Origin: Catajapyx aquilonaris
Taxonomy: Eukaryota
Direction of reading: 5' to 3'
Length of the DNA: 64,000 nucleotides
Assembly: GCA_000934665.2 (NCBI GenBank)
Contig: KZ538375.1
Coordinates: 1-64,000 of the forward strand
A program made the position numbers and the translations under genes. The notes below the pieces were generated by a model that worked only from the letters and a program-made list of their open reading frames with translations, ran no database searches and was not told the DNA's origin. Of the stretch, positions 11,501-23,500 are shown piece by piece; position 1 is the stretch's first letter, and every line of letters starts with the position of its first letter.

Positions 11501-14500
11501 GGGTGGCCAATAGAAGCTCGCCTGATCATGCCAACTATAAAGGGAGGGCTTGTTTACCAAGGTAGACGGAAGCAGGTAAACTCACCTGTATGGATGTAGG
11601 TGTGTTTCTTCATGTCTGATTTCTGATGGAAGCGCTTTCCGCAGTACTGGCAAGGGTACGGGCGAGTGTCCGAATGGATCAGGAGGTGCGTGGACAGTGT
11701 GGATGATCTCTTGAAGGACTTCCCACACTGCTTGCACTCGAACACTTTCTCCACGTTGTGAACCGCCCTGTAGGGAAGGAAAAATGGGTCAGCTCGCTTC
11801 ATCCTGCCCCTTAGACAACCTAGGAGCCTCTCTTGAGTCACTCCGATGCATAATTTACAGGCGCAAAACTTGCTGTACACTGATCATACCAATCAGTGTG
11901 GTGTAATAATTGCTACTGGATACGTATGTTACATTTTCATAATATGAACAAAGTGACTCAGGAAAAAAAATAGCCCGAACAGCGCACAAAAGGGCAGCTA
12001 TTCGACAAGCACTGTGATTTGTAGAGAGGAAGAAAGGGAATAATTTATAGATTTCTTGTAGCATGTAATATCTGGAACTGTGGGCAGTGGATACTTTATA
12101 TGCATAAAGTAATACTGGCTTACACGCTCTACATCTGACATGGGCCGTTCTTTATATTTAAACTGGAGTTGAAGTTCCTCAAGTTCGTATCGTAATGGCA
12201 TCTGAGGTCCTGATTAAATCACACGTTATAGGAACGTTCCTGTCCACGTACCATGCCAATAGTCCCATTTCACACATGAATATTGTATCGGTGTCCTGGT
12301 CTTGAGAAACAATTTCCTAGTAGGCCGGCCTTACATGGTATCGGATTTATAGTCATTGGGTCGCGTCTGTCTTTGTCCTTTCAGCAAATGGGGCGGGCAC
12401 ATTTCCTAACGACATCTGGCTGGAAGGGTGGGTGGGTGGGGGAGACATGTCCCCTTGCAAAAAGGGGGGGCTCGGAGGGGTCCCTCAGGCCCATACCTTA
12501 ATCATCCGCTGTTCCTCCACTTGAAGGACGCGAACAAGGCGTATCTATTCGGTTGTCCGACCTGAACCGACAACCCAAGATGGGGGCTTCCTCCTTTCCA
12601 CCTTGGCTGAATTTTGCATGAAGCGGAGGCCGATCCGCAGAAAGGATCAGATACAATCCGACGGATAGGATCCATTTTGGTGCAGTCCTATTTTGGCTGG
12701 GATTGCTACCCCACTCGGTGTGTCCAAGTTTCACTCCTTTCAGTTTAAAAATATAGGGGTGGTCGACCATGGGCATTAGCTGAATTGTGCACTTTAGCAA
12801 TGCCCAAGTCGGACCGCACAGCTGTAGATCAAGCACGCTCTAATGGCACTTGGCTCTGATGCTGATTTAACGCGGCCACCCCCAAAGCGGTTGCGTGCGT
12901 GTTTGTTAACGGCAAGAGTCGTTTCTTCTCGTGCCTTGAGGACATGGCTCGTATATCTCAAGTCGGATCTGCATGTCGACGGCCGGGGACTCAATCAATC
13001 ACGTAGCGGTTGGGAGATTTGACAACGGGCCGCAAATGCACTTACGCCCTCCATCAACCGCCGGCTATTATGTGCTTCTTTCCGCTCTTTCGCTGTCAAA
13101 CACAAGCCGCACCGAAAATGGCTACCCAGGGACCCCTCCAAAGAATGATTGGTACCGATCAGACAATCGGAATACAAAGGAAAATATGGCCGGCTGACTC
13201 ACACATGTCATTTCACGTTATGCAACCCTTGATGTTTGCTTTTGGACATGTCGGCTGAAATGTCTTTCGCAACGTTGCAAAGGTGAGGCAAGTATATGGC
13301 CGAGATTGCATCTAGCTAGGTTCATTGACGCGGCTTTCCTGGGGATGTAAGGATGGCCATTTGCGTGTTCATTTTTGTAGTCATCTTGCTTCTTGCAAGA
13401 GGCAATTTGAAGCTGGGAAGCAGTCTCTCCACTTTGAATTTAATTACAAGAGGGGGCGCTTCCCGGCAGCAAGCCTGCACCAAGCCGCGTCTCGGATGAT
13501 GTTGCGGTCCGCGCAGGTTGAGACGCGGCCCAGGAATTCAAGGAGGGCAAGAGAATAAGGGAGACGCCGCTGACTCAACCGATATTACGAGCCCATAAAG
13601 GGCGTCGCAGGCACGGAATCCGCCGGGGGATTGCGCCTGGAAATACATGGCCTCCACGTCTACGCACCCATTCTTTCTTCTTTTTTCCCCCCCTCCCACT
13701 CCCCCCCCCCTGCACAAATCTTTGACTTGTTATGCTCTGATGTCGTTACTGATAATCCCGTGTTGAAGTCAGGGCCGCACATTTTGGGGGAGGTTTGCCC
13801 AGTCATTTTTCCCTCAAAGAGAAAAATCAACAAGTTCTCAGTGCTTGTATAAATAAGGCCGAATTTCCCCCCTTTATTATACATGGTAATTTGTCGTCAA
13901 CAGATTGTGCAGTTTGATAGTGGGAATGTGGGAGCCGTTTTGCTTGTTGTTTTTGCATTCTGGCTGATATTATTTTGAATCGCGTCTGATTTTGAAATCT
14001 GCGATTACGTTAGCAATTACTGGCCTGTTTCTAATCTATTATCGCGTTTCATCCTGCTGGGCTTGAGGCTCAGTCCGAAAGCCGGTGGTATGGCATTATG
14101 GCGCACAAGTTGCAATTGCCCTGTCAGTGCACAAGCAAAAGGTCCAATTTTCTCTGTAATCCTGAACCCAGTCGACATTTCCTTTCCGAATAAGGAGCCC
14201 GTGTACAGGAGTGGGCGGATTAGACCAAGCATAAAAGGCCAGATTGAACTGGATTCGAACGAATACATATTTCCAAGCTCAGCTCAGGAGGCTGCACGCA
14301 CTAGACAGGCCTATAATCCCCCCCAACTTTTCTACCTTCCCCTTGTCCCTCCCAGCCCACCTCCCCCTCCTTCCTCTGAAATTGTATCAAATTTTCATCG
14401 ACAGGTTATGATGTTGACACAAGCCGAGGCGGGCAGCGGCGGACGCGGGTTTGGCCTCTTATTTGCTCAGGCGGGGTCTCCTGGGGGCCTCGGGGCCCGG

Positions 14501-17500
14501 ACGCGCAAGCGGCCAATCTGTCATAAGCACAGGTCACGGAATAAGCGCCATCTAGGCTCAGGATTTGGCGAGGGGCTTTAACTTGGCGAGAGGATTAGTT
14601 TGGCGGGGAAAAGGATGGTACATTTTGCATAGAGAGGTATACGATGTACCGTGCCGATTCATCCGGATTACAGTCGACCAACGTTTCAGCCCGGCGTCAA
14701 TTACATGTTGAGCACTGTGCAAATATAGGGCCGAACTTGACCGCGTCATGGGCTATTACCACGCATTTTTAAATTCTGGGAAGTGACTATCGATTGCGGA
14801 AAATTTGAGGGTACATTGACTCACCGGTGTTGACTTAGGCTGATCTCGTGTCCGAAGGTCTTGTTGCAGAGCTCGCAGGCGAACGGCCTCTTGCCGTTGT
14901 GCGAACGCCGCGCGTGCACCTCCAGTCCATGGGGCGTGCTGAACATCTTTTCGCACTTGATGCAGGAGTACACGTCACCCAGGGGCACGGGCCTCAGGAG
15001 TCCGTGGTGGGGGTTGCCCTGACCCGTGCCTGACCCGGGACCCACTCCGACCCCGCTGCCACCTGAGACGGAGGTGGGGGTGGATGCAACCGCGGCTGCC
15101 GCAGCTGCTGCAGCGGCGGCTGCTGCGGCTGCGGCTGCGGCGGTGAGCGGCCTGTAGCGGAAGAGGTCGTCGTGGAAGGGCGGGAAGCCCAGGTAGAATG
15201 GAGGGGGTAGCACGTTTCGGTTGGTGTCCAAGTGAGAGGAGGTGCTGACCACGCTGGACACCATCTCGGACACGGACTTGGGCATGGTGTAGAGTCCGAA
15301 CGGGGGAGGAGGGGCCGGGTGGTAGAACAAGGACCGCGGGATCGAAAAGGACGGATGCACCGTGTTGGGGGACACCGTCGATGCCACACTGTGCGCCGGA
15401 CTAGGGCTCGGGTTCGGGTTCGGGCTGGGTGTACGGCGACCGGTACTACCCGCTCCAGGGCTCGAACTGCTACTGCTGCCTCCAAGGATGGCACTCACAC
15501 TGGAAAAAATATGCAGACATTGTGGTTCACTATTGCCAAATGACACGATGTAACCTCTACAATAGACGGTACATTAGAGGTTATAACATCTCCCAAACAT
15601 TTTGACAGATAGTGTGGGATGCAGGTGATGTGTAAACTGCTGCATATTAATACATGTGTAGAGGGGACAGGCATGCCACTCAGGGCCAGTATTTTAGTGG
15701 CGCTTATGACAGGCTCGCCTGGGGGAACGACTTGCACGTATGATCCATGCGGGTATTGGAGCGGCCTCTAGGGCATGCCAACATTACACCCAACTGTCCA
15801 ATATGACCCCCCGGAGCGTGGAGATGCCCTTCCACTCAGGTGATGAAATTTGACACACAGGAAGGCTGTGCACAGCCACGGGGAAATGTGCCAACACGAC
15901 AAGCACAAAGCGGGCTAACTCCATTGTTTGATAGGATCATGTCGCCACGTTACCTGAAAGAGTCCGCCTTGGACGAACGAGTAGGAGTAGGGGTGACGGT
16001 ACGGGCCTTGACTGACGGGCTCTCGTCGGTGCTGGTTGGGGCAGATGACGGGTCTTCTCCTGCAACTGACGCGCTGTCCCAAAGAGAAGTGAACGGACCC
16101 AACCGTCCGCTCTTGTTCTGCTCCGGCGAAGAGCTGCCCGGATGAGGCGGAGACGTCGCTGGAGCCAGATTGTCCTCCGGAGACGACGAGGAGCAGCTGA
16201 CCAGCCGATTCACTCCGAAGGTGATTCCTGCACGGAGCAATTTTTGATATGGACTCTCTCATTTTTTAATCATCCACTAATAAATGGATTGGAAAAATTG
16301 GAGAGCATGCATGGGGGGGGGAAGGGGGGACAACACTGCTGCATGGTGACAGGCACGTGTTGCTGATGATCCTGATGTAATTGCTAATGCATTATTCGGA
16401 AGCTTGTTTGTCCCTCTTGTGCTGAGGTTCTCCCTTTTTTAGCTGATGGATAGTGGATGGGAGACATGACCATCAGGGCGATGGTGCGGCGGTGGTTGCA
16501 GCTTTCTTTCCCATAACCCCAACCCAAAAAAGGCGGAGGAAAAAAAAAAATCTGGGAAGCAATTGGGAGAGTAGTAGAGGAGAGGCACGTGTCCCAAATG
16601 AGATGAGGAGGACATGGCTGCGGCCTGGCACACTATCTGTCCTGAGTGACGCAAGGCAGATGGCCCTCCGGGACATTTTCAGGAAAAGGACCTCCTCCCC
16701 CCCCTCCTCCTCCTCTCCCCACCCTAACAATGGGGCTGGCTCCCTCTCTGGCTGCAGCAGCAGCGACTAGGCGCTTATTTAATTATTGCTCGCCGAGCGA
16801 TTCGTCAAGGCCTTAATTGGCCCGTGTTGGTCGGCGCTTATTGCCGTCGCCTGTGCTCTGTCATGACGGGAGGCTGTGGGGACAGAGGAGGGAGGGACCC
16901 AACGACATCTTTCCCCTGCAGCTCGGTTGCCGACGTGCTTTTGGGATGTTGTGATAACCCCGGCTCCTTTGGCTCGGGCCGCACCTCACATCGCTGCAAT
17001 TACGATTGATTCGGTGTCAATCACCCTTGCATGTGGCAACCCCGCGCAAATTGGATCGCCTAGAATGTGGGTTCCATGTTGACGGTCCGACAAGCCCATC
17101 ATTCTTGACGCGGATCAATCCAAGATCGGACAGGAACATCATGTCGGGACGTGGGGAGGCTTTCTAACGGAGACGAGTCAGTCGCGACGCCAATTAAAAT
17201 TCTGCATTATTTTAACCCGCTCCTCTCAATTACTGCGGCGTATCTTCAACAATAAAGTGCGCTACGATTAATTTATGAAAATGTTATGATCCATAAGACT
17301 CTTCCTCTTTTTTTTCCATGCTCCGAGAACATCAGAGTGCACCTGCCTCCTGCCTAAAATCCCCCATTCCCAGCAAATAAGCGCCTGGTACAATACCCCC
17401 GCCTTCCCCCACTTCCCCCCCTATATCCAATGCCCCTCTGTGCCATGAATAATTCAGGCTGCCGGATTCCCCAGCGCCCGCCTCATTTTCATCGTGCAAT

Positions 17501-20500
17501 ATGGGGCTCATCGTGATTACAGCTTTGGAACCGGTCAATTATTGGCCTGCTAGCTGCTGGGAGAGACGGGGGGATAGTGGGAGGTGGGGGGGATGGGGTT
17601 GCGAATTGGGAAGGCCCTTTCACCGATTCTACACATATAGCTCACTATGACCATATAACTGCTCACTTTTCTCATTACTATTTTTTTGTGAGCGACCCGA
17701 GTGAGCCATCATTTTTTCTCCTTTTCTGCCGGCTCACTTTTTTAACCTGAGCTTTAGTAGTCTGCATAATTCACTGCACAGTAGCGATTATGTAGATTGT
17801 GTCTGCTAGAAATTTGCCATAGCGAAAGAGTAAGAAAGCAGCTTTTTTTTTGAGCAGAATTCATTGCTTCATCCGGCCTGCGCTCGTGTTATTCATCTGC
17901 AGATGCTGATGAGGATGGTGTCAGCTACACATTTGTGCTGACCTTTCTTTCTGTCGACGGCGGCTGCTGCGGCGGCTGCGGCTGCGGCGACGTCGACGGC
18001 GGAGAAGAAGGAGGCGGCGTACCTGGATGCCAGGGGCAACACGGGCATGTGCAGGGGCGGCAATGGGGGCGGCCCGTGATGGGGTGGTTCGCCCTTGCCG
18101 GTGCTTCCAGCCAGAGAGAAAGGCCCTGCCGCCGCCCCCCATAGCTGGCTGCAGTAGCTCAGCCCTAGTTCTCCTCCAGATGAGGGGAGAAATGGCAACG
18201 GCGGTGCCACCATGTGAGCTCCTGGCACAACTCCTGAAAAAATGACAAAATATGCCAAAATCAAGATAAAGATGCTTTTGGAAACTCAACTTAGTGATTT
18301 TAACCAGTGGTTCCCATAGCTCAAAATTGGCCAAAAGAGAGGATCCATTACCATACAATTTGGGCGGGGCCTTTGAGAGCAAGTTGGCCGACTGCGTCTC
18401 ATAAACTTTTCCTAATCCGATTTGACTTCGCCAACAATCGGACACGTTGCCTGCTCACTCTGCCTGAAATTGCTATGCCCGTGTGCCTCAAGCCAATTTT
18501 GCACGACAGCCCAGTAGAGCAACCTGCTATGAAATTATATCACCGCTTCTCATTATATACCGCCTTGGTTCTGCAGTATAGGTTGGGTCAGATCCGAGTG
18601 ATAACATGGCGCCTGTTGTGCCTTTGCTTTTCCTGGAACTACCCCACGGTCAGATCAGAATATCGTTGCATAACAATAGCCCTCTCCGATCAGAACCGAA
18701 AAATTCATTGCGTCCCCTTATAACCCTGCACGCGATTCTGTTATTTGCTGGCTGTTCGTCACAAACCAAGTGGGCCTTTTACTCTATAAGGCCAACAAAA
18801 CTTCAGGGTGCTGGAAATACATGAACGTACAAGTATAACATAGGGGGGATAATTGGCTTAGATTCTATCTGGGAGCGAGGAATATATAGGCGTGCTGCTG
18901 CGGGGTGCAAATAAACATCAAAGCAATCGCACAAAATTACAAAGCAGCGTTCCCAGTGTTGAGTTACTCTTTGCCCTCGTATGATTACAAGGAGAGGTGA
19001 AATACAAATTTTTTTTATTACTTGCCATGCGAGCATACTTATCATTTTCAGAGTCCAAATGTGCCGTGTCACGTAAGAGTAGGTTTTATTCCGATGGCAT
19101 CAACGTGCGTACTATTGGCGGAAACTGACGTTTGTCGATAAGGGAATTTGTGCTGCCGATTAGAGCACATATTATAGTCCAATGTATATCCGGAACATGC
19201 GGTGCACACACAATGCGGTACGTCGCTATACTACCCCTAGCTATATATTCGTGGAATGCACAGTCATTATGCAGATCAAGCTATTACTCCAAAGCATACA
19301 GGAATTTGCCCCATTAGCAATGATTAAGCGAAGTTATTTACTGCAATTTGACAATTAGCGCTGGACGTAAATTGAGATAAGCACCGTTAAAAAGCCCGTT
19401 CAGCTCGCTCTTCCAGAGGTTCAATCACTGTGTGAAAAACCTGTGTAAGCTGCTTCCAATCTGGTGCCTTCATGTGCCATTATGATTACACATGATGCCA
19501 GCAAAAGCGGGTTTTGTTTTTTTTATTGTTTCTTCACGTTGGGAGTTCGGCTTTAAATGCATTTTCTATCAGCCAGACGAACGTCGGCTGAGACAATAAC
19601 ATTTATAATATTTAGCATGGAATTACTTTGTTGACATAATTATACTGTACTTGCCAGCTTTCGAAATACAGTATTTATGCGCTAGCTTATTTGTACATCT
19701 AAATTATTTTCAGCTCACAAAGTAAAGGTCAGCAGCACATGTTGGATTGTTTTCGAGCGTATATAAATGCGTGTTTAATTGCTACACTACATACAGGCGT
19801 AATGCTACATGTTGATTCTGTATAGAGGAAAGCCAGCACATATTTGCGGCCTATCAGGCATATGTGTAGCTCACTTGGGAAATAAACATGCATTTCTGTA
19901 ATGCTTTATTCATATAATGTTAGACTACGTACCTCGAGAGTGGTAATGGCATGAAATATAAACATGTACCTTGAGCAGCATTTATAAGTCCAATAAGGTA
20001 CACGGTATATGTACAAAGCGGGTAATTTTTGGCCATCACGTATATATAACCTCCATCTTTTCACGTGATAATCACGGAAAGGTATATAGGACGTATATAC
20101 ATACCTAGTGTCTTTGACCATTATTGATATAAGTAATTGACTGAATATGTTGTTGACCAAGTCTATCACCTGATCCCAAGTTCCCAAGAAAGCATTTTTT
20201 TTTGTTCTGTGAGCATATTGTAATAGTACACATGTTCTAGTTGATATACATACTTGCGGCCTAAGCATGGTTCCACTCTCACAATGAATGTAGGCCTATA
20301 CATCATCATCATAATGCAGGTAGTTCCTCTACCGTTCAGAGTGTGATTGTAGTCCAATAAGAGGGACGAATAAAAAGTACAAGATTCCTTTATAATCCAG
20401 AAGTAACAAGTTTAAAAAGAGAAAATACTTTGACGACCGAATGTGGTCCTGATTGTTTCCACCTTTTTTTTCTTCTTAACCTGGTTGTTGTCGTAAACAG

Positions 20501-23500
20501 TCCGTATAACTACGAGTTTATATACACCTATATGCTGCCTGTGCCCTTTATTTTCAACTGCTAAATTGATTAAAATATTAAAAAGTTCAAAGTACATTAA
20601 AATCCACGTGCTGATGCTTTAAGGATGGACAAAAGCAAGAAGTCAACATGGGCGAGCATTGAAATACGATGCAGTTTCTGCCAACGTGTATAATTAGAAA
20701 TGTAAAATGGTTAAATAAGGGAATAAATTTTGCTGGATAGGAGGTTCACAGAATAATGATTGCCAGAAGTGGAGTGGCGCTGCGGTAACGTATGAGCTCA
20801 CGGATGTTAAGGTCCCGGGTTCGATCCCATCCCGGGGACTCCCCCTTCGTCTCGTGCAGAGTTGGGTCGTCTCTGGCTTCGTCTCGGGTGGAATTTCCGC
20901 TAGACATATCCACCCGGGGGAGTTCACAAATTATGTACCATCTTGGAAACTTTGCACTGCACATTGCACATCCCCTGCTGTCATCCTGCCCGTTGGCCCG
21001 GGCGATTCAAATGAATAGGCACCAAAATGTAACACCGATCAATAAAAAATTAATAAAGGTCAAAGTGCTTGCACCCAAGGGGTCAGAAGCACTACCCAAA
21101 ATTATTTATTTAAAAAAATGATTGCCAGAACAGATAGTGACTGCCATAAAAGAGACGGAAATAATATATTGTACAATAATAAGCTTAGTTCAGTTTTTTT
21201 CTTGCTGTATTCTTTTACATACGAAAGCAGTTGAAATCATTCAGAAGAGCATTTTGGCTCATAGTGACATTTTGCATAGTCCTTTACAAAACCAAAAAGG
21301 CGTGTGAAATATCATGTCCCTTTTTGGATTTGACTAATAATATATGTGACAACACATGATGTAGCGAAAATACGGTTGTAAATTCGTGAAACAATTTTTG
21401 TAATTTTCCAATTGAACAATTATTGCAGCTACGTTCTTCTTCGTGTAATACCGGTATATTTAAAACATCAGATGGTCATTGAAGGTTATTTTTAGAGCGA
21501 GTGAAATATTCTAGACCTACTATAGAGAAGCACTTTAACTGACCACCTACAATCATCTCCCTTCTATACTGATAAGGTACAAGTGCAGAATATCAGTGGG
21601 GAAAATGGCCCTTGTTATGCATGGTAGGCTTACACCATTGCGGGGAATTGCTCCAATATTACTTCCATGTCGACTGTTTAATGTTGGGTTACGCCATGAA
21701 ACCCAGTGAGTGCATAACAGTGTCAGAAAATCTTTCATTTTGGTCACGCGATATAAAGGAGAAGAATAGGAAGCTTGTTGGATGTCCTGCGAAATCTGCT
21801 GGAGATGCATTAATTTTACTTCTAAACTTGTTGCATAATGTCCTGGAGTGATACTCTTATGTCATTCACGCGCGAATGGCAATAATGAATGAACTGAATG
21901 AAAACCGAGGATCAACTGCCAAGTTGCAAATGCATTCTATATTTTATCTATAAAAGTAAACAATGTACAAGCATAAATTCGATGAAATGGAAATGCATAC
22001 CAGTACTTTCTGGTTTCCGATGTTCTATAATTGCACTATATGGAGTTCAACGTACCCCCACCGTTAAGAAATCAGATTGATTTATACGTAAAAGGTACAG
22101 GGGGATATATAGTGTAGACGCCACCAGCCTGCACTCCCCACCTCCTTGTCCAGGATAAAAAAGCGATGATGGCGACGCCGTGCGTGATTTACAAGGAGCC
22201 TGGGGTGAGCTCCTGGCAGCAGGTAATCCCTGGGGCAGATTTACAGCGGCCTGAAGAATGGCGGCCAAGTAGAGCTGGCGAGGGGCGTAGCTTCGGTACA
22301 TTTTGGCGAAGGAAAAGGAAGGGAGGCGGAAAGGAGAAGATGCTGGTCGATGTGGGTGTGGGAAGTTCGCCTGATGGCAGCCCCTATAGCGAGGCTGCCA
22401 GATTGAGCCTCTCTGGGTGCTGGCGAAAAATGGGGCTGGAGGCCAAAGGCACAAATCTGGCTCTTCTGGCTGCTCCAGGGTTCGATCCTGCAGCCGTCTC
22501 TTTTTTTTTTTTGACAAGGATGCGGAACTTTGGACTAGTAAGTTAAGTGCATAACATGTATCGTGATGAGGCTTACCGTTGCAATATGGCTGCCACTTGA
22601 GCATTCTTGAAGCAGGTTGTTTCAATATCGACTCGAGCCACCATTACACTTCGATTAGTACGTATCCGTTCAGGTCGTGCAGGCAGAGAAATAATCCCCA
22701 TCCATCCGTCTGACTTCCTCCAATCTCAACCGATAAGCACTAACAAACAGCAGAGGCGAGATTTATGGGAGTAATCTTTGGGTATAGGGATTAACCTCCG
22801 CCTCCTACATGTGAGCAGATGGATTAGAGTCTCCTATATTACATAGGTTCTCCTGCTATGTCACGCAATTTCCTGGGCTCTGTCTCCTCTTTTTTTTTGG
22901 TGGGGGGGTCTAACATCAAAATTTCAGGTATTCGTGCTGAATCCATGGCCGCACGATTGTCTTTAGGGTAGTGCAGTTATCTGTATACAGTGTACCTGCG
23001 GCTAATAAAACCGGGGTCTCTGTGGAGAAATCAATTTGTGATTGTGTCCTGGCGGTGGTCAGGGTTAGGCCAGGGCTTCAAGAAGAGGTCACTAATCTCC
23101 AGTTACGTGGCTGGTGGTGATGGGAAGGTTGGAGTTTTGTTTGCTTTGGCATGTACTGTGAGGTTGGGCTTTGCTGGGCTTTCAATCACGGTAGCCAAGC
23201 CGGATAAGATAAGCGGCAGATTAGGGAAGATCAAAAGTTGTGGGGGGGGGGGGGNNNNNNNNNNNNNNGGGGGGGATTTGGTAGAAATTGTTGTTGCCCT
23301 CAGTGCCCTTGTCTGAAACGTAATACTGGGAGTTAGATTTATCAAGCAGTGCATTTAATGCTGAACTGTATGTGCAAAGATGTGAACGGGCACTGCCATT
23401 TCTTACTGGGGTCGAATAACTGATATTTTTCGCTAAGATTCAACGTCAGAGTTGATTCAATATGATCTGATCATGTCTCTTTCAGTATAGTCATTATCGT

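Noticed and set aside
14994..15553. Overlapping alternative-frame and antisense ORFs in GC-rich exons (also 63210-63837)
   Set aside because: Expected by-products of GC-rich low-complexity coding sequence; the zinc-finger frame explains the region.
20771..20830. Possible tRNA gene
   Set aside because: It has A/B boxes but no complete cloverleaf, and it is part of a TSD-flanked SINE.
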